Part shown: positions 8,939 to 15,657 of the stretch, in pieces
Layout of the letters: every line of letters starts with the position of its first letter
Position numbering within the stretch: the stretch's first letter is position 1
DNA from: Bacillota bacterium
GTDB lineage: Bacteria > Actinomycetota > Aquicultoria > Aquicultorales > Aquicultoraceae
Direction of reading: 5' to 3'
DNA length: 24,000 bases
NCBI GenBank assembly: GCA_023511485.1
Contig: JAIMBH010000011.1
Coordinates: forward strand, 9,485 to 33,484
The notes under the pieces: model-generated
Databases searched by the model: none
What the model was told of the DNA's origin: nothing
What the model saw: the letters and a program-made list of their open reading frames with translations, nothing else
Program-made: the position numbers and the translations under genes

Positions 8939-10498
8939 TTAAAAATATTGTCTATCAAGGGTCCGGTATTGAACGGCTTCAGCAATATTCTCAACATCAA
9001 TTAAGTCTTTTTGTGCCAAATCGGCGATAGTTCTGGCGACCTTTAATATTCTCTCATACGCTCTACCACTCAGACCTAATTTATCAATAGATGCCTCAAG
9101 AAATGATGATGCCTGCGGCGTTAACCTGCAGAAGTTTTTAACCTCACGTGCTTTCATCTGTGCATTGGTCAGAATCAACTGCCCACCATGTCCATTCTTG
9201 CTGTTTGGTCCATTCGCTGCAGTAAAACGCTTTATTTGCAAGGACCTTGCCATATCAACCCGCTCTTTTATCCTCGAAGAAGGCTCGCCTTCTTCGCATT
9301 TCAAAAGCTCATCTTTTGTTAAACGCGGCACTTCTATATGTATATCTATTCTATCCAGCAAAGGACCAGAAATTCGTCCTCTATAGCGCTGTACGCTGTA
9401 TGGCGTACAGATACATTGCTTCACCCTATCGCCAAGATGCCCACACGGGCAGGGGTTCATACTTCCGACCAACATAAATCGGGCAGGGTATGTTAACGAG
9501 CCCGCAGCTCTTGAGATCGTTACTTTACCTTCCTCGAGGGGTTGCCTTAAAACCTGAAGAACACTTTTTGAAAATTCCGGAAACTCATCAAGGAAAAGAA
9601 CGCCGTTATGTGCAAGCGATACCTCTCCTGGCCTGGGATAACTGCCGCCCCCAATAAGACCAGCATGGCTGATCGTGTGGTGGGGTTCCCGAAAAGGACG
9701 TTTTGAAACCAAAGATTCATTTGGTTTCAAAATTCCAGCGACAGAATATACTTTCGTCACCTCAATCGACTCGTCAAGAGTAAGGCGCGGCAGGATCGAT
9801 GGAAGCCTGGATGCGAGCATTGTCTTGCCGGATCCCGGCGGTCCAATAAGTAAAATGTTATGGCCTCCGGCCGCGGCAACCTCAAGCGCCCTTTTAGCGA
9901 GCTCCTGACCACGAACATCAGAAAAATCAAGATTGGCAGTACCGCTATCTGGCAGGGTTATTTTTCGCGGCTCGGGCCATATATCTGCTTTGTCCCGAAA
10001 AAAATCTACAAGCTGGTTTAGGTTATCAACCGGAAGTATGTCTATCCCATCTACTACGGATGCCTCGGGTGCATTTACTTTTGGAACGATAATACCCCTC
10101 ATGCCATGCTTCTTTGCGCAAATGGCCATTAATAGAGCACCATTTATGCGCCTTATCTCGCCTGATAACGATAACTCTCCGGCAATTATATAGTTCTGAA
10201 GTTTATCCCCGGGAATCTGCTCGGTGGCAGCAAGGATACCCATAGCTATAGGCAAGTCATAAACCGGGCCCTCCTTTTTAATATCGGCGGGCGCAAGGTT
10301 TATAACAATTCTGCGCAGCGGAAATTCGTACTCCGAATTTGATATGCCACTTTTAACTCGCTCCTTGGATTCCTGAACAGCGGTATCTGCCAGTCCGACG
10401 ATACTTACTCCAGGCACACCCATAAAAACATCGATTTCTACATCAACTAGAATGGCATCTATGCCGACGATCGCTGCAGAAAAAACCTTTGCAAGCAT
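8939..10498 (-). CDS. comM: Mg-chelatase-like AAA+ ATPase of the YifB/ComM family
   Basis: Has a Lon-protease-like N-terminal domain, Walker A (GPPGSGKT), Walker B (VLFLDE) and a C-terminal Mg-chelatase domain. The longest ORF reaches 10534, but the ATG at 10498 (MLAKVFSAAI) has GGAGGAG directly upstream. Confidence 0.9.
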   Translation of the reverse strand: MLAKVFSAAIVGIDAILVDVEIDVFMGVPGVSIVGLADTAVQESKERVKSGISNSEYEFPLRRIVINLAPADIKKEGPVYDLPIAMGILAATEQIPGDKLQNYIIAGELSLSGEIRRINGALLMAICAKKHGMRGIIVPKVNAPEASVVDGIDILPVDNLNQLVDFFRDKADIWPEPRKITLPDSGTANLDFSDVRGQELAKRALEVAAAGGHNILLIGPPGSGKTMLASRLPSILPRLTLDESIEVTKVYSVAGILKPNESLVSKRPFREPHHTISHAGLIGGGSYPRPGEVSLAHNGVLFLDEFPEFSKSVLQVLRQPLEEGKVTISRAAGSLTYPARFMLVGSMNPCPCGHLGDRVKQCICTPYSVQRYRGRISGPLLDRIDIHIEVPRLTKDELLKCEEGEPSSRIKERVDMARSLQIKRFTAANGPNSKNGHGGQLILTNAQMKAREVKNFCRLTPQASSFLEASIDKLGLSGRAYERILKVARTIADLAQKDLIDVENIAEAVQYRTLDRQYF

Positions 10499-10685
10499 AG
10501 CTCCTCCATAGTGTGCACTTGTGCTTATGGTCAAAGATAATGTTAGCCATTCTCTAGTTGATATGCAAGACTTTGCTCTGTAAAAGAGCCATTTATATAC
10601 GATCCTGCCAAACTAATAAAATTCTCTTATTAGAATAACTAAAGTTTTACCATTATTTACCGATAGATAAATTAATTGCATCCCT

Positions 10686-10744
10686 AAAAAGACTGAGAAT
10701 AACATAGCTAATGCTATGCGGCCGATGTGGCCCTCAGTCTTTTT
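10686..10744. other. Compound hairpin: a 12-bp outer stem enclosing two small hairpins, flanked by A5 and T5. It could be a bidirectional terminator-like element or a small structured RNA.
   Basis: AAAAAGACTGAG at 10686-10697 pairs perfectly with CTCAGTCTTTTT at 10733-10744. Inside are CATAGCtaatGCTATG (10703-10718) and GGCCgatgtGGCC (10720-10732). Confidence 0.5.
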
Positions 10745-10758
10745 AATTTCGGGAATTT

Positions 10759-10836
10759 TTAAATCGCCAGTAACTCACCAGCATTTTGTTCCAAAACCAT
10801 TTCGCTGCTGTTAGGGCAAGCTAGAAGAGCGGTCAA
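10759..10836 (-). CDS. Speculative 25-aa small ORF (MTALLACPNSSEMVLEQNAGELLAI, TTG start)
   Basis: The minus strand has AAGGAAGGA, then 5 nt, then TTG. The stop lies 14 nt before the 10686-10744 hairpin. I recognise no homology, and the TTG start and short length make it weak. Confidence 0.2.
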   Translation of the reverse strand: MTALLACPNSSEMVLEQNAGELLAI

Positions 10837-11007
10837 ATTATTCCTTCCTTGTAGTCCCCTTTAGACCGTCATATATTGGCGTATTACATACGAAACATCA
10901 AGTCTGAAAAAACCAACAGGTGGCAAATCCAAGTTTATTAAAAATCATTTGGAAATCCCTAAAGTCCCGTCCTAACGTGCCGATAAGTAAAGTAGTCAAA
11001 TCAGTCC

Positions 11008-11055
11008 CTTTAAATTTAAAAGGCTTCCCGCAAGGGGGCCTTTTAAATTTAAAAG
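11008..11055 (-). terminator. Rho-independent terminator after the 92-aa gene, with a symmetric and possibly bidirectional shape
   Basis: The plus strand reads CTTTAAATTTAAAAGGCttcccGCAAgggGGCCTTTTAAATTTAAAAG, a long inverted repeat with a GC core, a GCAA-containing loop and A/T-rich flanks. It lies 33 nt beyond the stop at 11088. Confidence 0.65.
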
Positions 11056-11087
11056 TTCAATCCTTTACATTGCCGGCACATAATCCT

Positions 11088-11366
11088 TTAAAACCCAATC
11101 GCCTCAATTTCATCAATTGCTATGGCAACGTATTTGTGCGGAAGACCCGATACATGTTCTTCTGCCGCCTCCGCGATTGATGGCGTTCCGACAATCTCAT
11201 GGAGCTCCTCGCCTATTGCCGCTACCTTTGGATCTGCAATCATTAGCGTTGTGACATTGATCCTGCCTACACGTCCAATGTAAACCCGGTTTTTTGTAAA
11301 AATACTGGCCTCAAGACCTGCCAGGCCTTGAGATTCAATAATTTCGCGCAGCTCGCTCTCTGTCAT
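11088..11366 (-). CDS. Hypothetical 92-aa protein with no family recognised
   Basis: The ATG is preceded by AGGGAGGAA, and the gene has its own terminator. The NRVYIGRVGRINVTTLMIAD stretch faintly resembles an Sm-like/beta-barrel fold, but I cannot support that call. Confidence 0.6.
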   Translation of the reverse strand: MTESELREIIESQGLAGLEASIFTKNRVYIGRVGRINVTTLMIADPKVAAIGEELHEIVGTPSIAEAAEEHVSGLPHKYVAIAIDEIEAIGF

Positions 11367-11507
11367 AGTTCCTCCCTGAATAAGCCGGTTTTTGAGGATA
11401 AATACCCTAAATGAAAGCTTTAAGAACGGCCTTTGGCCTCGCGATAAAACTAAAACTTTATATGAATACTTAGCGACTTTTCTTTCGTTTTTTGCTAATC
11501 TTTTTTT

Positions 11508-11948
11508 ATGGAGCTAAAGACCGGGAATTTAGGATTTGGCGAAAACAACAATATTGATATCAAGATAAGGAAGATTCTTCTGGCAACGGACGGTTCTATA
11601 CCCGCCATCGAGGCAACGCAATATGCGGTTGCATTGGCTAAAATCATGGGAGCTAGGATAAAAGCCATTTTCGTTGATTCCAGCGGCGAAAAGGAAATAC
11701 GCCCCAGCGCGGCAGGTCTTGCTGTAGCTCAGCTCTATGCCGAAGAAAATGGCATCATATGCGAGACTAATATTGTCAATGGACAGGTAGCTAAGACTAT
11801 AATTGAGACTGCCCATGATTATGGTGCCGACCTGATAATCGTAGGTAACACAGGCCGAACCGGAATAAGACGGCTTTCTATGGGCAGCGTTGCCGAGGCT
11901 GTTGTAAAGAATTCGCAAATCCCTGTACTTGTCCTCAAAGGCAGTTAA
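11508..11948 (+). CDS. Universal stress protein (UspA family), ATP-binding type
   Basis: 146 aa with KILLATDGS...DLIIVGNTGRTGIRRLSMGSVAEAV...PVLVL. The G-x2-G-x9-G-S nucleotide-binding signature is intact. Confidence 0.85.
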   Translation: MELKTGNLGFGENNNIDIKIRKILLATDGSIPAIEATQYAVALAKIMGARIKAIFVDSSGEKEIRPSAAGLAVAQLYAEENGIICETNIVNGQVAKTIIETAHDYGADLIIVGNTGRTGIRRLSMGSVAEAVVKNSQIPVLVLKGS

Positions 11949-11975
11949 AGCTGGCCTGTAATGCTAACGCATTGT

Positions 11976-11997
11976 TGCCAAGCCTTTCGCCTTGGCA
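11976..11997 (+). terminator. Weak hairpin downstream of the first usp gene
   Basis: TGCCAAGcctttcgcCTTGGCA forms a 7-bp stem with an 8-nt loop. No U tract follows, so terminator function is uncertain. Confidence 0.3.
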
Positions 11998-12155
11998 TAG
12001 CGCCGCTCACATTTCCGAATAACAGTCTATTTGACCCATTCACTCCTGCATTGCACCGTTTACGGCTTTTTACTACCCTGAATACTTTCTAGGCATTATG
12101 CTATAGATGGTTGTCGAGCGCAGTACCGGCTTAGGTATCTTCGCAATAAGGATCG

Positions 12156-12662
12156 ATGGAGGCTTTTTTGACACAGAAAGCTTTAAATCCTGCGGATGTT
12201 TTTAAGCCTGCAGACGCACAGGAGCTTTATATCGATCTTAAAAAGATACTTCTGGCAACCGATGGGTCTAAGACCGCGATAAATGCAACAAAATACGCAA
12301 TCGGCTTAGCAAAAATTTTTAAAGCCGAAGTTAGAGCGGTTTACGTTTGCCAAAACGGAGAGGCGCAAAACCCTCCCGAGAGCATTAATGACTGTCTTGA
12401 GGCAAGCGCAAATGGAGACCCAGGATATCACGGTTTGATTATTGCCGGGGTCTATGCTTTGGAAAATAACGTGACCTGCGAGGAAGTAGTCCTTAGAGGG
12501 AACATATCAAAAAATATTATTGAAAACGCTCGGCAATTTTCACCCGATTTGATAATAATCGGCAACTCTAGTAAGTCTGGAATACGGCGATCGTTAGGTA
12601 GCGTAGCAGATGCCGTCATGAAGGCAACTGATGTGCCTGTCTTGGTAGTAAGTGATTTTTAA
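12156..12662 (+). CDS. Universal stress protein (UspA family) paralogue with a degenerate nucleotide-binding motif
   Basis: 168 aa with KILLATDGS...DLIIIGNSSKSGIRRSLGSVADAV...PVLVV. AAGGA lies 3 nt upstream of the ATG. The second Gly of G-x2-G is Ser and the spacer is one residue shorter. Confidence 0.85.
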   Translation: MEAFLTQKALNPADVFKPADAQELYIDLKKILLATDGSKTAINATKYAIGLAKIFKAEVRAVYVCQNGEAQNPPESINDCLEASANGDPGYHGLIIAGVYALENNVTCEEVVLRGNISKNIIENARQFSPDLIIIGNSSKSGIRRSLGSVADAVMKATDVPVLVVSDF

Positions 12663-12683
12663 TAACTTAATATTGTGGGATGG

Positions 12684-12806
12684 TGGGCAGGTGCTTACTC
12701 CCCAAAAGGCTTTTAGCCAAATAAATGCTTTTTCCTGTACCTTAAGACTAGCTCCCGATAGACCCTTAAGGATCCCCTTTAAACCGCGCCTGCCCATTTC
12801 TTTTTT
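12684..12806 (+). terminator. Long-range stem plus U tract downstream of usp2, either an atypical large-loop terminator or a structured 3' element
   Basis: TGGGCAGGTGC at 12684-12694 pairs with GCGCCTGCCCA at 12786-12796, 10 of 11 positions Watson-Crick. TTTCTTTTTT follows at 12797-12806. The roughly 90-nt interior contains GGCTtttAGCC and two CCTTAAG copies. Confidence 0.4.
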
Positions 12807-12841
12807 AGGCATAATGAATGAAGCAACTCTTCTTTTCGTAC

Positions 12842-13189
12842 TTAAAAAGCGTTCTCTATGTGCTCTATCTTCGGAGTTGACCCCTCTGCCAAGACGCAGA
12901 TTACATCAAAACGGATGGAATCAAACTTATGAAGATCTTTTAACCTCGCAAGATATATATCGGCTATCTTCTTGATCCTTCTCTGCTTCGGAACTGTAAC
13001 AGCTTCGATCGGATGTCCATATAACCTGCCCATCCTTGTTTTTACTTCGCAAAATACAAGTGTCTTTTTGTGTCTGGCGACTATATCTATTTCGCCAAGT
13101 TTAGTGCGAAAGTTTTGCTCTATGATGTGATACCCTTTCCTTCGTAGGTGAAGCGCAGCCATATCTTCTCCGGTTTTTCCAAGGCCCAT
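12842..13189 (-). CDS. yraN: YraN-family (UPF0102) endonuclease-like protein
   Basis: GEDMAALHLRRKGYHIIEQNFRTKLGEIDIVA...VFCEVKTR is typical of YraN. The longest ORF reaches 13246, but the ATG at 13189 is preceded by GGGAGGGG. Confidence 0.85.
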   Translation of the reverse strand: MGLGKTGEDMAALHLRRKGYHIIEQNFRTKLGEIDIVARHKKTLVFCEVKTRMGRLYGHPIEAVTVPKQRRIKKIADIYLARLKDLHKFDSIRFDVICVLAEGSTPKIEHIENAF

Positions 13190-13337
13190 CTGCCCCTCCC
13201 TGTCTCCTATAAAAATAGGGCGGATATAAATCCACCCTAAAATCAAATAGCCCTTAAACTGCCTTTAACAAACCTATATATACCTACGCTTTAAGCTTTT
13301 TCTTATCCGCATTATAGCGCAGCGGCCGGGCTGCGTA

Positions 13338-14039
13338 TCAATCGACTTTAAGTAATTCTTTTAGCTTCTTATTCAAAAGTAGCGACCTTAGCTGGTCGGC
13401 AAGGTCGTTTAGGTTTTCTAGCTCTTCTTTAATCCTAGTATTTTTGTCATCGCTTTTTTGCCTGGTCATTGGATAGAGTATTTGCTGAAACAACGCGGCT
13501 TCTTTTTCGGCATGCGTTAGATACATGCGAAGATGTCTTGGCTCTATGCCGTATTTAGACATCTCTCGAGCAACTATCATTATCTTTATATCGGTTGAGT
13601 TATAGCACTTTCCCTCTGCAGTCCTTACCGTCTGAATAATTCCGAAACTCTCGAGCATCTTAGCCATCTCCGGCGCAAGGCCTATACTGCTAATAGCTTT
13701 TTCTGTAGGCACAGGCTCACCGTCAGAAGATAAGGATGCTCTATCGCTCTCCCTTGCTATTTGCTTTATCTCGGGCGTTAGCTGACCCATATCCATCATA
13801 TCAAGGTTTTGCCTTATGACGTTTAGAGGAAGGTATTTTTCTTGCTGTAAGCGTAAAGCCAGCTCTAGCCTTTCAAGATCTTCTTTCTTAAACTTACGGT
13901 AACCGCCGGCGGTTCTTTCGGGTTTTATAAGCCTCTCTTCTTCGTAGTAGCGAATTTTGCTGATCGATAAATCTGGAAATCGAGGCTTAAGGTGATCTAC
14001 TACTTCTCCTATTGTCATATAATCTCTCTTCGGCGGCAT
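13338..14039 (-). CDS. MerR-family transcriptional regulator, FtsR/Rv1828-like
   Basis: 233 aa with an N-terminal MerR HTH (TIGEVVDHLKPRFPDLSISKIRYYEEERLIKPERTAGGYRKF), then YLPLNVIRQNLD and a C-terminal YGIEPRHLRMY block. From memory, these match the actinobacterial regulator encoded directly after garA/odhI. AGGAGG lies 6 nt upstream. Confidence 0.85.
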   Translation of the reverse strand: MPPKRDYMTIGEVVDHLKPRFPDLSISKIRYYEEERLIKPERTAGGYRKFKKEDLERLELALRLQQEKYLPLNVIRQNLDMMDMGQLTPEIKQIARESDRASLSSDGEPVPTEKAISSIGLAPEMAKMLESFGIIQTVRTAEGKCYNSTDIKIMIVAREMSKYGIEPRHLRMYLTHAEKEAALFQQILYPMTRQKSDDKNTRIKEELENLNDLADQLRSLLLNKKLKELLKVD

Positions 14040-14084
14040 ATCCTTCCTCCTCTCAAAAAAAATTAACTAGATCTTCCTTAATGT

Positions 14085-14543
14085 TTACTTCCTTGACAGG
14101 AAAACCAGCTTGAACTTGCCAATTTGTAACTCGTCATCCGATTTTAGCAATGTCGGTTCATCGATTATTATTTGATTTACATACGTGCCGTTTAAACTGC
14201 CAGCATCCTCAATGCTTACCGAGTCCTCAGAAACAGTGATTTTAGCATGATATCGAGAAACTGTTATATCATCCAAAAATATGTCGCTTTCTGGATCGCG
14301 GCCAAGTGTTATCTCGTCTTTTGTTAGGGTGAATTTCTGACCGATATACGGCCCTTTCTTAACAATCAGAATAGGACCCTCTTCGGTTGAAACATCTATA
14401 TTATCAAGCCCTTCTTCTATGTCTATGCGCGGCAGCGAAAGAGTCGTCTCTAGCTTATCAGTTTTATCATCTAAAGCCGCCCCACACTGCTGGCAAAATT
14501 CCAGCCCTCTCTCAACTGTGCTACCGCACTCTTTACACCGCAT
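14085..14543 (-). CDS. garA: GarA/OdhI-like FHA-domain protein with an N-terminal CxxC...CxxC zinc ribbon
   Basis: The C-terminal 100 aa (LIVKKGPYIGQKF...GRDPESDIFLDDITVSRYHAKI...GSLNGTYVN...LQIGKFKLVFL) closely follows my memory of the GarA/OdhI FHA domain. An LETTLS motif sits where GarA has its phospho-acceptor ETTS. The N-terminus is CKECGSTVERGLEFCQQCG. GGGGGA lies upstream of the ATG. Confidence 0.8.
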   Translation of the reverse strand: MRCKECGSTVERGLEFCQQCGAALDDKTDKLETTLSLPRIDIEEGLDNIDVSTEEGPILIVKKGPYIGQKFTLTKDEITLGRDPESDIFLDDITVSRYHAKITVSEDSVSIEDAGSLNGTYVNQIIIDEPTLLKSDDELQIGKFKLVFLSRK

Positions 14544-14589
14544 TTCTAATCCCCCAACTTGCTTGGGATATTGAGCTTAAATAGTGAAC

Positions 14590-14835
14590 CTAATGCTGCA
14601 AGCTCGCTTTTATTCTTTCCTCATAAGCCTTGAGTACTTCCTTGTTTCTAAGGACGTGCTCAAGATGCTGATTCTCAATCTTTGACTTTACGTATGAATC
14701 CTCCAGTATGTCTTTTAAGTGTCTTCCACTTCTTAATTCCCGAATCATGTAATCGGCTATTCTCTCCTCGAGAATGTTCTGCCCAACTTCCTTAAACAAC
14801 TCATAAATTGCTGCTCTAATCTTTGATTCAGGCAC
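14590..14835 (-). CDS. Hypothetical 81-aa helical protein with no family recognised
   Basis: The longest ORF (98 aa) starts at a TTG at 14886 with no SD. An internal GTG at 14835 is preceded by AAGGGGG plus 5 nt. The sequence is charged and helix-rich. Confidence 0.55.
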   Translation of the reverse strand: MPESKIRAAIYELFKEVGQNILEERIADYMIRELRSGRHLKDILEDSYVKSKIENQHLEHVLRNKEVLKAYEERIKASLQH

Positions 14836-14925
14836 TATAACCCCCTTTTTATAGGTTGCCGCCAATTTCTGATTGTCTGAGCACAAGACGAACCAAGACG
14901 ATACCGAATTGCTCTGCGTAACTAA

Positions 14926-15231
14926 TTAAAATATATCTTCGTCGGATACATCGGCTTTTGATACGCTCGTCAGACTGCGTGCCAGTATCTCGCTTAGACG
15001 GTCGACATCTGCGCCTGAGATAACACTACCGCCACCTTCACGCTTTTTCTTAAGTCTTGAAACCAATTCTGCTCTTAAAATATCAATTTTGCCGTGCAGA
15101 ACCCTGCGCCTGAATGATATTCTTTCTTCCTCTTCGCAAAGCTGATCGAGAATTTCCCTCAGCTCCTCGTCTGATTTTTCTTTCAGGTCTACCAACACGT
15201 TGTTGAGGTCTAGTTCGCTATGTTTGCCCAT
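14926..15231 (-). CDS. 101-aa coiled-coil protein carrying a single RsiG-like c-di-GMP-binding signature
   Basis: The ATG is preceded by GAGGGATGAG. Residues 35-50 read E-ERI-S-FR-R-RVL-H-GKI-D, which is E-x3-S-x2-R-x3-H-x3-D. An acidic tail follows. The functional assignment is an inference from the motif only. Confidence 0.6.
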   Translation of the reverse strand: MGKHSELDLNNVLVDLKEKSDEELREILDQLCEEEERISFRRRVLHGKIDILRAELVSRLKKKREGGGSVISGADVDRLSEILARSLTSVSKADVSDEDIF

Positions 15232-15324
15232 ATCTCATCCCTCGTTAAAATCTTGTAATTCCAAGTCTACCATATGGAATTTGTTCCTCCTAGATATTCG
15301 GCCGCTATAGGTTCTCTCGGTAAA

Positions 15325-15352
15325 ATTATGGTTGTTTTTTAGCTTTACCCAA
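15325..15352 (-). promoter_or_regulatory. Candidate promoter for the RsiG-like gene string
   Basis: The minus strand reads TTGGGT, then 16 nt, then CATAAT (the plus strand shows attatg at 15325-15330 and acccaa at 15347-15352). Confidence 0.3.
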
Positions 15353-15657
15353 GATTTTTGTGTTCAGCTTTTTAAATGCCTCAGTATTAATTTAGTGATA
15401 GCTTGCAATGATTAGCTATAATCTAAAGATAAACTTGAGAGTTTAAAAAATCTAGTGTTTTTTAAAATTATTGAAAAATTGTTCTCTGTGCCTAAGTCTT
15501 GGTGTACCAAAGTACCAACATTCGTATTCTAGGCTGCAGTCTGCAAGTACTCTCATACCGCAGTTAAGAAATATTAATTGCATTAATTGCCAACTGATAC
15601 CTTAAACAACTTTACTTGAATTTCGCGCGTTCGTACCCTGGTACATTAAGGTCCTCA

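Noticed and set aside
10920-11180. 86-aa plus-strand ORF in the comM-upstream gap.
   Set aside because: It has a GTG start with no SD. It reads straight through the 11008-11055 terminator palindrome and then runs antisense into the SD-supported 92-aa gene. Its composition is not protein-like.
11529-11918. 129-aa minus-strand ORF opposite the first usp gene.
   Set aside because: It is antisense to a clear UspA-family frame and has no SD or similarity.
12594-12975. A 72-aa minus ORF and a 107-aa plus ORF in the usp2/yraN convergent region.
   Set aside because: Each overlaps the 3' end of a real gene in antisense and spans the structured element at 12684-12806. Neither has an SD or recognisable similarity.
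15235-15273. TGA read-through or recoding that would fuse the mini-ORF to the RsiG-like protein.
   Set aside because: TGA terminates well-supported genes in this same window, namely the MerR regulator at 13338 and gcvPA at 17093. I saw no SECIS-like hairpin directly downstream.
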